A stretch of DNA of 63,961 nucleotides, filler included, from a bacterium (GCA_040757115.1; 8 parts of 8 records of this genome joined end to end with filler, not necessarily neighbours in it), one strand, 5' to 3'; positions 38,364-49,551 are shown, counted from the first letter of the whole stretch. Translations and numbers: made by a program. The notes: generated by a model not told the origin, from the letters alone.

Positions 38364-39979
38364 CTCCTTTCTTGAGAACCCGACAATTCGATTTTCTCCA
38401 ACCTCAGACGGTTCGAACCTTGCTTGCCTGTAAATCCTGATATATCAAGAAATGCTATCTTGTTAACTTGTTGTATATCCAGAATGTTATTGGAATCCTT
38501 TGTGCCATCTTGCAAGGTAAAATTACGCCAGGATACAGGATATGTTTGTCCTGGGCCACTATAAATTTGCATGCGATACTCATATCTCGCTCCACTATCT
38601 TCTTCCAGAATTATGGCTATATGGGTTGGTTGTTCAGTGTGGAGATGAAGGAGTAAGCCACTGCTACTCTTGTTGATGTTTGGCTGTTGTTTAATCAACA
38701 TGGCAAATTGGTTTGCCTTGATATTGTATGACCACTCAAGAGGTTTTCCATGTTCTTGTCGAACCGATTTGGAAGTTCCAATTCCCACAAAGCCTTCAAG
38801 GGGTATCTCGCCCATTGTGTTAAGAGATGGTTGTGTTACTTCCTTTGTTACTTCTTTTTCCTCCGGGTGCATAGATTTCCATACATTCCATGCAGGTTTG
38901 GGATTCAACTTGTCATCCAGAAGTGCCAACGAAAAGAATTGTGGAGCTACCTTCTTTAATTCCGATAGAACGGGTATGTCAGGTATATCATACAAACTGA
39001 CCCAACATACACCCTTTACATTTAATCCATTCAGAAGAGAAGGTACCCGTCGTATAAACTCCGCCTGTTTCTCAGGAGAACTGGGAGGTTCGACATCTGG
39101 TGAGGAGTAAAAACCGAGTTCCGCAAAGAAAATTGGCAGTTTGTTTTTTTCTTTAAGTGGCTGATAGTATTCTTTAGAAATGGTCTGTGGGTCGTATGGC
39201 TTGTGCAGGAATAGTGGATATGAAGAGATACCTAACATATCCTGTTCAACGGCTTTTTCTCCTAAAAGTTCCCACTGAGGTTTTCCTTTTTGTCCTGCAA
39301 ATTGACCTATTAATAGCTCATACTGGTATGAGCAGAAGACCTTTGTATCCGGGCTTATTTGCTTAATTTCCTTGCAGAGGCTATTGAACATATCACGGAA
39401 GTTACCGTAGTCCTCCGGATGGTGCTGATAGTACATATTAACCTCAACTGCAAGGTTGAGGTACTGTGGTTTATGTTTGTCAACGATTTTTAATACATAA
39501 TTACGGAATGCGGCTTTCCATTGGGAATTCATAAGAGTCGGTAGGGCACCTTTCCAGTTGGATGGTATGCGTAAAGCGGAACGATCCCCATTGAAAGGTT
39601 CTATAGCAACATATTTTAATAATCCAGCTTTTTCGGCTCGTTCAAGCCAATCATCAATAACCTTCCGCTTTTCTTTCAATTCATTGTCTTCTATTTCATA
39701 CCAGTCGTGAATCTGAACAAGAGATATCTCAGCACCTTGCTGGAGATAGGGGAAAATACGGTCTATAAATGATTTAGAACAGTCAGTAGGCCAGTATCCA
39801 ATTCCTCTCTTAAAAGGTATTGTTATTAAGGATGTTTCTTCTGGCATTTTCTCACACTTGGATGATTTACACATCACGAGAAAACTCACAAGTATTATTA
39901 AGCAACTCCACCCAAGAGCCATCAAATACCAACATCCTCCTTTTCTCCATACCTTAATTTTTTGACTTTCTTTTGTCAT
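38360..39979 (-). CDS. Exported glycoside hydrolase (GH-A clan TIM barrel) with C-terminal CBM-like domain
   Basis: N-terminal TM, LAVEVN, GISSYP, FAELG, PKPAW motifs. Confidence 0.7.
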   Translation of the reverse strand: MTKESQKIKVWRKGGCWYLMALGWSCLIILVSFLVMCKSSKCEKMPEETSLITIPFKRGIGYWPTDCSKSFIDRIFPYLQQGAEISLVQIHDWYEIEDNELKEKRKVIDDWLERAEKAGLLKYVAIEPFNGDRSALRIPSNWKGALPTLMNSQWKAAFRNYVLKIVDKHKPQYLNLAVEVNMYYQHHPEDYGNFRDMFNSLCKEIKQISPDTKVFCSYQYELLIGQFAGQKGKPQWELLGEKAVEQDMLGISSYPLFLHKPYDPQTISKEYYQPLKEKNKLPIFFAELGFYSSPDVEPPSSPEKQAEFIRRVPSLLNGLNVKGVCWVSLYDIPDIPVLSELKKVAPQFFSLALLDDKLNPKPAWNVWKSMHPEEKEVTKEVTQPSLNTMGEIPLEGFVGIGTSKSVRQEHGKPLEWSYNIKANQFAMLIKQQPNINKSSSGLLLHLHTEQPTHIAIILEEDSGARYEYRMQIYSGPGQTYPVSWRNFTLQDGTKDSNNILDIQQVNKIAFLDISGFTGKQGSNRLRLEKIELSGSQERR

Positions 39980-40601
39980 AGTCTATTTCCTCCTTTGTAA
40001 ATTTAATATCTTTAGACTCCTGCAATTTGAAAATTTGTAACACTTTACCCAAGTGAAGTCTCGACAAAAAATAGAACCACCCAGGACATAGAATGGAAAG
40101 AAGTTGAGAGGATGAGAAAATGGTAACCGTTCAGGTAGTGTAAATAGAGAAAAAGGGAAAGGGAGATATAATTTCTAATTTCTAATGTCTAATTGACCTA
40201 AAAAATGTTGAATAACAAAATAACTATCCTGAATTAAATTCAGGATAGGTTTTGGTCATTTAGTCATTGATTAGGGATTAGATTAATTAGGTTAATTAAA
40301 ATTTTTTCCATTTTTCCCTTATTACACCTTGAACACATACAAAATTTTATATTTCTCCCTCTGCAAATGTCAAAGATTTCCTCATCTTTATCTTTGATAT
40401 AAGTGAAATAGCCATAGTTTTATTCTATCACGAAACCTTTAATATGTCAATCAAAATTTTGTTTTTTCAGCAATTCTCGGTGAATTGTTTATGGAGTGCG
40501 GTGGCTTGCCACCGCTTTCAGACTAAGTAAAAAGCAAGCATTATCTCGTGAAGGAAGACAAAGCGAAAGCAATCTTTCACACTCCCAAAAATAAAAATCT
40601 T

Positions 40602-41271
40602 CGACCTGTGCAATTAGAAATAAAGGTAACCGTTCACCGCAGAGACACAGAGACGCAGAGAAAAAATTAAAAACTATTTACCATACGCTTCATTCCATTC
40701 CTGATTTTCATCAGAGCAAGCTTTTGAGGCCCGACATCTCATGATTGATTAACAATCTGGTTTTGATGTCCTATGTAGTGCAATGATTGCCTCAATAATC
40801 TTTTCTGTTATCTGATTTATTTCTCTGTTCCTCTGCGTCTCTGCGGTAAATTACCACCTGAACGGTTACCTATTGTTTAACAAAGAGTTACTTCTCAAAT
40901 CAACGCAATTTGGAACACGCTAAACACGTACAAAGCCCCTGAACATCTTCCTTAATTTTCGAGAGCGTTGCAAATGGTTTTTAGTTATGGTACGGGTTGG
41001 GGAAAGTTTTGGGTGATAAAAAATGCCAAAGCGACAAAAAAGAAATAATCTGCTTAGTTGACATCAAGATGAGGAAGTGTTATATAGTTGTCCCTTCTAA
41101 AGTGGTTAAAGTTTATGATTGATTAAGTCGATAAAGACAACAGAAGTAAGTTTTAAATTTAGGAGGGGAACAATGCATCCAAATAATCAATTCTGTTGTC
41201 ATGAGGTTTCAGGCAAGAGCACAGATAACGGTGGCAGTCACAGAACAGTAGAGATTTACCTGCACAGGTCG
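40602..41271. mobile_element. CGACCTGTGC-TIR composite with nested GTAAC element (40626-40869)
   Basis: CGACCTGTGCA...TGCACAGGTCG ends; no TSD retained. Confidence 0.6.
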
Positions 41272-41386
41272 AATTTTTTTGTTGACACAAGGAAAAATTT
41301 TTGCTAAAATACCTCCAAAATAGGCAAAAATAGATATGATAGCCAAAAAACACCCAAAAAGCATCTATGGCAAAGACCAAATAATT

Positions 41387-41509
41387 GTAAGCGTTCAGGT
41401 GGTGTAACAAAAGGAGATGTGGAGATTAAGGAGATAGGGAGATATTATTAAAAAAATTGAAATTAATAGAAACTAATAGAAATTTATGGAAATTTGTTGT
41501 TTTCCACAA
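41387..41509 (+). mobile_element. Partial element A at contig end
   Basis: Matches the left half of A. Confidence 0.85.
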
Positions 41510-41609
41510 NNNNNNNNNNNNNNNNNNNNNNNNNNNNNNNNNNNNNNNNNNNNTTAATTAATTAANNNNNNNNNNNNNNNNNNNNNNNNNNNNNNNNNNN
41601 NNNNNNNNN

Positions 41610-41731
41610 TTCCACAATCAATTTCTACCTATTTCTATAAATTTCAATCTATTTCTATTATCTTATCTCCATATCACTCTTATCTCCTTATCCCCTTTCT
41701 TACACTTTTGATATATAGCCTGAACGGTTAC
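41610..41731 (+). mobile_element. Partial element A at contig start
   Basis: Matches the right half of A. Confidence 0.85.
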
Positions 41732-41857
41732 AGATTAATAAACAACGAAAGACCCAAAATGCACAAAAAAAGGAAATTTCTGTTTCTGGTGAATAGATTT
41801 TAATTTTTTCTCTGCGTCTCTGCGTCTCTGCGGTAAAGGACTACCTGAACGGTTACA

Positions 41858-42871
41858 TTATCGAGAATAAGGGAGTGAAATAAAGGAAGCAGGATTGACG
41901 GGATAACCATTTTTGCAGATTTCAAAATGGAGATGAGAACCTTCACTTCTTCCTGTGCTTCCAACTAATGCAATCACTTCTCCCTGTCGGACATACATCC
42001 CCTTAGAAACCAGATTTTTTGAGTTATGGGCATATTTTGTGACATAGCCACCTGAATGTTTGATTATCACGATATTTCCATAACCCGTTATCCAACCACT
42101 ATTAATTACCTCACCACTCTTAGCCGCCATAATTGGTGTGCCCTGATAACTGCCAATGTCAACACCTGTATGAAATCGTATCTGCCCATTAAACGGGTCA
42201 CGACGGTATCCATAGCCACTTGAAAACCAACCACCCTTAATTGGTCGAATAAATCCCATTCCACCAACAATATATTCTTTTGTTGCTGGTAATAATTTTG
42301 CGCCCGGGATAAATATCTCTTTTCCTGCCATAAGGTCTTTAGGTTTCGAAATATCGTTAGCATCAAGAATCTTTTCCGTGCTTATTTTATAAGTAGTTGA
42401 GATATTACTTATCGTTTCTCCTTTCCCAACCTTATGAAATACGCCGTCTTGATTAGGAAGTCGTAGTTTTTGCCCCGCTCGCAGTGATGCTATTCCTTTA
42501 ATATTCCGATTGGCACTCACAATTGTATCTATCTTTAGTCCTTGTTTGTGTGCTATTTCTGACAGGGTATCCCCCGGACGCACTGTATAAAGCATAGTTT
42601 CAAAAGAAGGTTCTTCAACTTCTATGCCACCTATGCCTGCTTTATTATAATCCTTAACTTTACAAATTTGATAGGAGACTTGAGGAATGAATGTTGTCAA
42701 AAGTAAATCACTTTCTATTTTTAGGCTGGATTGAGTATTGGCTAATATTTGATTTTTATAGAGTGAAGGTAAAAAAGTAATTAATAGTGCAATAAAAATT
42801 AATACACTCCTCTCTATATGTTTCCCCTCCCTCCTTTTTCTATTTTTCCTTTTTGCTTCCATAATAAACAT
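41858..42871 (-). CDS. LysM-LysM-M23 peptidase
   Basis: YTVRPGDTLSEIA, HKVGKGETI, HTGVD, YAH, HLHFE. Confidence 0.93.
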   Translation of the reverse strand: MFIMEAKRKNRKRREGKHIERSVLIFIALLITFLPSLYKNQILANTQSSLKIESDLLLTTFIPQVSYQICKVKDYNKAGIGGIEVEEPSFETMLYTVRPGDTLSEIAHKQGLKIDTIVSANRNIKGIASLRAGQKLRLPNQDGVFHKVGKGETISNISTTYKISTEKILDANDISKPKDLMAGKEIFIPGAKLLPATKEYIVGGMGFIRPIKGGWFSSGYGYRRDPFNGQIRFHTGVDIGSYQGTPIMAAKSGEVINSGWITGYGNIVIIKHSGGYVTKYAHNSKNLVSKGMYVRQGEVIALVGSTGRSEGSHLHFEICKNGYPVNPASFISLPYSR

Positions 42872-42930
42872 TGTTCATCTTTTTCCTTTTTTTTAAATTT
42901 GGAGAAATCTTTATAAGAGAAGCATTCTAT

Positions 42931-42959
42931 ATTATACGCCAATAAATAAAATTTGTCAA
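42931..42959 (-). promoter_or_regulatory. Consensus promoter for the M23 gene
   Basis: TTGACA-17 bp-TATAAT. Confidence 0.75.
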
Positions 42960-43273
42960 GTGTTTTTTTTGTCAATCATCAAGACTAAACTATCAAAAAA
43001 TCATAACTTTACAATATATTGAGTTGGATAGAAACTTAACACGCTAAATATTGAGGTATTAATTTTTAAATTTTTTTATATTTTTTCCTGCGGGCAGCAT
43101 ACGGTCTTTTCAACGACATCCTTGTTTCTTCATCTGATGCTTCTTCTCCCCTCTTTCTATTTATAGGATTACAAAATATATGTATTCCCACCATTACCAG
43201 GAATAAAAAACTAACAATGATAAATAAATCTAATCCCATTCCCTTTTTCCCGGTTTTTCCATTTTCCCTTATT

Positions 43274-43500
43274 GTAAGCGTTCAGGTGGTGTAACAAAAG
43301 GAGATGTGGAGATTAAGGAGATAGGGAGATATTATTAAAAAAATTGAAATTAATAGAAATTTATGGAAATTTGTTGTTTTCCACAATCAATTTCTACCTA
43401 TTTCTATAAATTTCAATCTATTTCTATTATCTTATCTCCATATCACTCTTATCTCCTTATCCCCTTTCTTACACTTTTGATATATAGCCTGAACGGTTAC
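43274..43500 (+). mobile_element. Complete element A (227 bp)
   Basis: GTAAGCGTTCAGG...CCTGAACGGTTAC; flanks CCCTTATT/GCCTTATT (7/8 TSD). Confidence 0.9.
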
Positions 43501-43535
43501 GCCTTATTTACACCTTCACATGGCTAAAGTGTTAC

Positions 43536-46500
43536 TTATTCCCCAATTAATTTAATATTAGTCACTCTACCCCAGAATCCCCAACCACTACCATAGATAT
43601 TTATCTTTGTAATCACAACTGGTTTGGGAGAGAGTTGTTTTATAAGATTAGTCGAGACAAATGTCTGCCAGGTCTTTTCTTTGACGATTTCTTCTAATTC
43701 TGGTGCGGTTATTTTGCCCTGGTACTTAAATCCTTTTCGCCAGATGTGGGTCTTGTTTTCTATATCCATATATTCTAATTCTAAAATGAGCGGATAACTG
43801 CTTTCAACAAACTTATCACCAAAAAATGAGGAATAAATAACCTTTATATCTGCCATTAATACCAAAGATATAAAAGTAGATATAGGCATCCACACTGATT
43901 GGCTGATGCCTAATTTCCCTTCTTCGGTTGATACTCTTGTAAATTCAAAGGCATTTGGATAACTATCACTATCCTTCATTACAGATATTTTATTTAGCCC
44001 TTTACCTATTTCTATCTTTTCCCAATTACTTAAACCAATTGTAAAATCACCATTGGTTAATAATTTTGTTGGTTGTGTTGGAGGAGCAGGTATTTCTTTC
44101 TTTTCTACAGGTATCTTTTTTGGTCGTTCTGCTATTATTTCAGGCATTTTTACCTCTTCTGTTATCGGCACCTCTTTTTTGGGAATTTCTGGTGCGACGG
44201 CAATTGCTACTGGTGGTTCTGGCACAACTGGTAATGTTTGTTCACAAACTAATTGAAGATTGGCAAGCCGACTCTCAAATGCCAGCCCAGAACCATATAT
44301 CTTTACCCCTTTGATTACTCTTGGTTTTGGAGTAAGAAGGTCTATTAAGTTAGGAGATGTATAAGAATACCATTTATTTTTAGTGATACACTCGCCAATT
44401 TTGGGATAATTAATCTGTTTTCGATACAGAAAACCATGTTTAAATGATTTAATCTCCCCCAGTGCATCCGCATATTCCAATTCAATCGTCATCGGGTAAT
44501 CTCCACCTTCAATCCCATCATTTGCTAAAGAGGCATTGATAACCTTAATATCTGCCTTCACAACTACATACACATATTCAGAAATATCCATATTTAACCG
44601 TTGTTTTATCCCTAATTCTCCCTTTTCTCTTCCTGCTTTGGTTCGGTTGAATTCTAAAACCTCTGGATAGTTTTCACTTTCTTTAATCACATCTATTTCT
44701 TTCTTTCCATAGCCTATCTCAAATTTCTGCCAATGGTCTAATCCCTTTTTAAAATCAGGATTAGTGAGTTTTGGAAGTATTTCTTCTATTTTTGGAGGTA
44801 ATGTTATTTTTTCTTCAGGTATAACTTTGGCAATTTTAATTTCTGGTTTTGCCGGCGGTGCTTCTTCTGGAACAGCGGGTTTAATAATCTCCTCTACTTT
44901 TGGTGGTGGTACAGGTGGAAACTCAGGTAATTTAACTGGTATTTCAGGTTTTGGCACCTCTTTTGGCACTGGTGGTTTTACCTCTACCGGCTTTGGAACT
45001 TCAACCTTTATTTCTTCTTTTGGTGGTGCAGGTGGTAACTCAGGTAATTTAACTGGTATTTCAGGTTTTGGCACCTCTTTTGGCACTGGTGGTTTTACCT
45101 CTACTGGCTTTGGAACTTCAACCTTTATTTCTTCTTTTGGTGGTGCAGGTGGTAATTCAGGTAGTTTAACTGGTATTTCAGGTTTTGGCACCTCTTTTGG
45201 CACTGGTGGTTTTACCTCTACTGGCTTTGGAACTTCAACCTTTATTTCTTCTTTTGGTGGTGCAGGTGGTAACTCAGGTAATTTAACTGGTATTTCAGGT
45301 TTTGGCAGCTCTTTTGGCACTGGTGGTTTTACCTCTACTGGCTTTGGAACTTTAACCTTTATTTCTTCTTTTGGTGGTGCAGGTGGTAACTCGGCAATAA
45401 CTACAGATGGTTCTTCTACTGGTCGTTCACCCTCTTCAACAGCGAGGTTCACATTATCAATTCTCGCTTTGAATCCTATTCCGGCACCATATATCTTCAA
45501 ATTTGTAAGTATCTGAGGTTGAGGAGATAATATCTCCACCAAATTTGGGGATGAATATGAATACCATTGATTTTTAGGTATCTTCTCACCTATGTCCGGA
45601 TAGTTAAGTGTGCTTTCTTTATAAGGTTCATCATAAAGAAAACCATGTTTCCAAACATTAACATTTCCTTGTGCATCTTTATATTCTAATTCAATCATTA
45701 CCGGATATAATTTGTCCTCATCACTCGCCAATGATGAAAAAATAAGTTTAACATCCGCACCAATTATTAATGAGTTACAATTAGAAATATCCATATTTAA
45801 TGATTGACTTATCCCTAATTCCCCTTTTTCCTTTACCATGCCAATTCTTTTATATTCAAATACCTTTGGATACTGTTTGGTATCAAAAATAACCTGGAGT
45901 ATCTTTTTCCCTCCCGGGGTCTCAATCTTATCCCAATATTTTAAATCAAGTGAAAAATCAGGGTTAGTAAGTAGCTTGGGTATTATTCTGCCTGCTCTTT
46001 TTGGAGGGAGTTTTGGTTTTTCTACTATTTGAGGTAATTCAACTGGTGGTTTTGGAGGCTTGACCTCTTCGACGATTTTAGGCTTTTCCTCGATAACTGG
46101 TTTCTCTGGAACTTTGGCAATGACTTCTTCTTTTGGCTGGACTTCCTTTACTATTGGTGGAATTTCAACCTTTGGGATTTCGGGTAGTTTTACTTCCTTT
46201 GGTTTTTCAGGCACAGGTGGTTTTGAAGGTTTGACCTCTTCGACGACTTTCGGCTTCTCCTCGACAACTGGTTTCTCTGGAACTTTGGCAATGACTTCTT
46301 CTTTTGGCTGGACTTCCTTTACTATTGGTGGAATTTCAACCTTTGGAATTTCAGGTACTTTTACCTCCTTTGGTTTTTCAGGCACAGGTGGTTTTGGAGG
46401 CTTGACCTCTTCGACGATTTTCGGCTTTTCCTCGACAACTGGTTTCTCTGGAACTTTGGCAATGACTTCTTCTTTTGGCTGGACTTCCTTTACTATTGGT

Positions 46501-48533
46501 GGAATTTCAACCTTTGGAATTTCAGGTAGTTTTACTTCCTTTGGTTTTTCAGGCACAGGTGGTTTTGGAGGTTTGACCTCTTCGACGATTTTCGGCTTTT
46601 CCTCGATAACTGGTTTCTCTGGAACTTTGGCAATGACTTCTTCTTTTGGCTTTATTTCCTTTACTATTGGTGGAATTTCAATCTTTGGAATTTCGGGTAG
46701 TTTTACTTCCTTTGGTTTTTCAGGCACAGGTGGTTTTGGAGGTTTGACCTCTTCGACGATTTTCGGCTTTTCCTCGACAACTGGTTTCTCTGGAACTTTG
46801 GCAATGACTTCTTCTTTTGGCTGGACTTCCTTTACTATTGGTGGAATTTCAATCTTTGGAATTTCAGGTAGTTTTACTTCCTTTGGTTTTTCAGGCACAG
46901 GTGGTTTTGGAGGTTTGACCTCTTCGACGATTTTCGGCTTTTCCTCGACTGGTTTTTGTGGAGGTAAAACCTTTGGAAGTTCTGCAACGACTATTTCTTT
47001 CACCTCGAATTTTCCAGTCCAATATTCACGAGGATAAGAAGAGAGACTTCGACAACGAAGTGATGACAAATCAGCCGGTTTGGTTTTGTCATCTTCGGTT
47101 ATAAATAATAAAGAACCAAATTGGCGGTCAACATAAACATGGTAGGTAAAGAAATCGCCCGGGGTGAGTTGTCGGTCTTTATCTTCAAGTTCTACGAGGA
47201 GATTTTTACCTGGAACTACTTCACCTTGCATTTCAGTATTGAGTAATATCTGGCTTTGCGTTTTCCCGCGTTCGGTAAGGATATTTGCCCCTCGTGTAAA
47301 TGACGGGTCTATTTCCATACTAACATTTAATGTAGTGGGTAAAAGTGGTTGTTGTCTATAATTAAATCTTGTTGTCTTTTCCTTTGCATTCAAATATGCC
47401 ATACCTACATCTATGACTTTTCCCATTTCTTCACTACTGATTTTATTATCCCAGCCTATATTTTTTTCGATTAATTCTGTTCGTATCTCCGGAGTTATAC
47501 CAAGTTCAATCCAGCGACCAAATATTGGTCGTCCATCTTCATAAGAGCGTAAAACAGCAGATGGAATAGTAATAATATCAAATCCCTTATCTGGAGGAAG
47601 ACCAGCCTCTTGCGGTGAGACGATACTGAAATATAATTCTACACCCTTTTTAGTTTTAGAAAAAACAAGTTTTATAGGTAAATTTTTAGCGATAACATAA
47701 ATATCTCCAAGTCCAGGACCAATCAGGCTTAACTCAGAAGAGTTTAATTCTGATTTCAAATCCGTCAAGGGGGTGTAAATTAGTCTAATAGAATTACGGG
47801 ATAAGGCTTGAACTTCAAGTTTGGCATTAGTTCCTTGTAAAGAAAGGTCGGGTTGAACATCTGCGAGGGCAGCGAAATTGCCTATTTTAAGTCCTAATGT
47901 ATGCTCAATTGCGGTCCGGGAAATAATTCCCGTGTAGCTCTTATCACCATTGGGGTCGTGTAAAATAGTAAGTGGTAGGTATGGAAGATAGGTATAACTC
48001 GAACCGGATAAATACCGCACCATAACAAAAGCAACCTTTTCTCCACTTGAAGGACCAATAGGCAGGTCAACTCTGGTCACAAACTTATATCTTACCTCAG
48101 GGTCTTTTTGAACGACCATTGGGGTAATGAATTCGCGCAAATCTACGCTTTTACGATTAGAGACGATTTCCTCTGCCTTTTCATAAAGTAATTCCCATTT
48201 GCCAGAATAAGGATAAGATTCCTTTTCTAATTTGATAATCACAATTGCTTTTTCATCCAGGCCTGATGTATTATTTCCTCGCCAATCAACCTTAAATCGA
48301 AATGAATCTATATCCTCTTTCAATACCAATGTCGTATCTTCCGCCAGTGAGGCACCGGCATTGGCCCAAATAGGTATTTCCAACAGACCCCGCCAGTCAC
48401 CAAAAATATTTCCTACAGAAATAATTGACGGCGTAACATTAGTATTAATTGTTGCTTCTTTTCCATAAACCAAAGATGCAATAGTTAGTGATAAAAAGGT
48501 TACCCAGTAAAAAACTTTACTTCTCCCTTTCAT
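43536..48533 (-). CDS. Giant secreted protein with P/E/V/K-rich tandem repeats and three CBM-like domains
   Basis: Signal peptide; three paralogous LTN.DF...W.K.E domains; 57-aa and 39-aa repeat tracts. Confidence 0.85.
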   Translation of the reverse strand: MKGRSKVFYWVTFLSLTIASLVYGKEATINTNVTPSIISVGNIFGDWRGLLEIPIWANAGASLAEDTTLVLKEDIDSFRFKVDWRGNNTSGLDEKAIVIIKLEKESYPYSGKWELLYEKAEEIVSNRKSVDLREFITPMVVQKDPEVRYKFVTRVDLPIGPSSGEKVAFVMVRYLSGSSYTYLPYLPLTILHDPNGDKSYTGIISRTAIEHTLGLKIGNFAALADVQPDLSLQGTNAKLEVQALSRNSIRLIYTPLTDLKSELNSSELSLIGPGLGDIYVIAKNLPIKLVFSKTKKGVELYFSIVSPQEAGLPPDKGFDIITIPSAVLRSYEDGRPIFGRWIELGITPEIRTELIEKNIGWDNKISSEEMGKVIDVGMAYLNAKEKTTRFNYRQQPLLPTTLNVSMEIDPSFTRGANILTERGKTQSQILLNTEMQGEVVPGKNLLVELEDKDRQLTPGDFFTYHVYVDRQFGSLLFITEDDKTKPADLSSLRCRSLSSYPREYWTGKFEVKEIVVAELPKVLPPQKPVEEKPKIVEEVKPPKPPVPEKPKEVKLPEIPKIEIPPIVKEVQPKEEVIAKVPEKPVVEEKPKIVEEVKPPKPPVPEKPKEVKLPEIPKIEIPPIVKEIKPKEEVIAKVPEKPVIEEKPKIVEEVKPPKPPVPEKPKEVKLPEIPKVEIPPIVKEVQPKEEVIAKVPEKPVVEEKPKIVEEVKPPKPPVPEKPKEVKVPEIPKVEIPPIVKEVQPKEEVIAKVPEKPVVEEKPKVVEEVKPSKPPVPEKPKEVKLPEIPKVEIPPIVKEVQPKEEVIAKVPEKPVIEEKPKIVEEVKPPKPPVELPQIVEKPKLPPKRAGRIIPKLLTNPDFSLDLKYWDKIETPGGKKILQVIFDTKQYPKVFEYKRIGMVKEKGELGISQSLNMDISNCNSLIIGADVKLIFSSLASDEDKLYPVMIELEYKDAQGNVNVWKHGFLYDEPYKESTLNYPDIGEKIPKNQWYSYSSPNLVEILSPQPQILTNLKIYGAGIGFKARIDNVNLAVEEGERPVEEPSVVIAELPPAPPKEEIKVKVPKPVEVKPPVPKELPKPEIPVKLPELPPAPPKEEIKVEVPKPVEVKPPVPKEVPKPEIPVKLPELPPAPPKEEIKVEVPKPVEVKPPVPKEVPKPEIPVKLPELPPAPPKEEIKVEVPKPVEVKPPVPKEVPKPEIPVKLPEFPPVPPPKVEEIIKPAVPEEAPPAKPEIKIAKVIPEEKITLPPKIEEILPKLTNPDFKKGLDHWQKFEIGYGKKEIDVIKESENYPEVLEFNRTKAGREKGELGIKQRLNMDISEYVYVVVKADIKVINASLANDGIEGGDYPMTIELEYADALGEIKSFKHGFLYRKQINYPKIGECITKNKWYSYTSPNLIDLLTPKPRVIKGVKIYGSGLAFESRLANLQLVCEQTLPVVPEPPVAIAVAPEIPKKEVPITEEVKMPEIIAERPKKIPVEKKEIPAPPTQPTKLLTNGDFTIGLSNWEKIEIGKGLNKISVMKDSDSYPNAFEFTRVSTEEGKLGISQSVWMPISTFISLVLMADIKVIYSSFFGDKFVESSYPLILELEYMDIENKTHIWRKGFKYQGKITAPELEEIVKEKTWQTFVSTNLIKQLSPKPVVITKINIYGSGWGFWGRVTNIKLIGE
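44905..45395 (-). repeat. 117-bp tandem repeat, about 4 copies (39 aa)
   Basis: GGTGGTGCAGGTGG recurs at 45022, 45139, 45256, 45373. Confidence 0.95.
46045..46950 (-). repeat. 171-bp tandem repeat, about 5.3 copies (57 aa)
   Basis: TTGACCTCTTCGACG recurs every 171 bp from 46060 to about 46915. Confidence 0.95.
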
Positions 48534-48696
48534 ATTGACACTCTACCTCCTTACAATATTTATCGACATTTTTTGTAAAAAACTAAAATTTTACTTTTTT
48601 ACATTAACATAAATTTTAAGAAAAGTCAAGAAAAATATTTTAGCCTTCAATTTTTTTCTTGACTAATTTTATTCCAAAAGGTATAATAAACTCAGA

Positions 48697-49551
48697 ATGA
48701 TGTTTAAAATATCATTTATCCTTATCCTATCATTAATATTTCAGATAACTTATCCTCAATTAGTCTTTTCTTATGGTCTGCTTACACACATCGAGCTTAT
48801 GACTCAAACAATGAGAGCATTAGGGTCTGAATTCGCCTCCATATCAACTACATTCTTACTTTATGCCACATTAGGGGCAATTGGACCAAATATTTTTAAA
48901 GGTAACCTTTTTAAAAAACTTCATGGAGAACAATTTACACAATTTGTCTATGGCATGATAGATTATTTAATGAATCTTACACCTGGAGAAAAAAGGCAGA
49001 AACTAACTGCCTATTTATATGGCTATTTAACCCATCTTGCCGGGGATATAAATGGTGATGCACTTGCCCATCGACTAAGTCATCAAAAAGAACATAATTC
49101 TAAGTTTAATCGAGTTTATCTTCATCAAGACCTTTATGTTGCGTGTAAATATTATCCTGCGGGTGGGAATAAGGCTAATTTAAAGATTGACTTATATGAA
49201 TTAGATACAGATATTATGCAGATGTATCGATGGGTATTTGATAAATTGGAAGGCGGGACATTTAAATTAGAGTGGAAGACATTTATCTCTTCTTATGACC
49301 GAACTCGACTTCTTATCTGGTGGTTAATCCAGGAGGCAAAACAACCTTTTTTCCGTGTGTTTTTACCTTATAATTTTAGTATGAAGTATCTCTTAGAATT
49401 TGAGCGTAATTTTGAAGACGCTAAACAAAAAGCCATTCAATTCATTAAGACAGCAACCGAGTATCTTTATAGCCCTACCTGGAATAAGGAGGGATTGGAT
49501 AAATTAAAAGAAGTTCTTAAAGAAGACGATGTTGGCTGTCCGTATCTGTAA
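48697..49551 (+). CDS. Zinc-dependent phospholipase C family protein
   Basis: Signal peptide then YGLLTH, LGAIGP, AYLYGYLTHLAGD..H; TTGACT-17-TATAAT upstream (48659-48687). Confidence 0.7.
   Translation: MMFKISFILILSLIFQITYPQLVFSYGLLTHIELMTQTMRALGSEFASISTTFLLYATLGAIGPNIFKGNLFKKLHGEQFTQFVYGMIDYLMNLTPGEKRQKLTAYLYGYLTHLAGDINGDALAHRLSHQKEHNSKFNRVYLHQDLYVACKYYPAGGNKANLKIDLYELDTDIMQMYRWVFDKLEGGTFKLEWKTFISSYDRTRLLIWWLIQEAKQPFFRVFLPYNFSMKYLLEFERNFEDAKQKAIQFIKTATEYLYSPTWNKEGLDKLKEVLKEDDVGCPYL

Noticed and set aside
44764-47037. Long G/S/T/F-rich + strand ORFs (250 and 325 aa)
   Set aside because: Antisense shadows of the PEVK-like repeats of the minus-strand gene.
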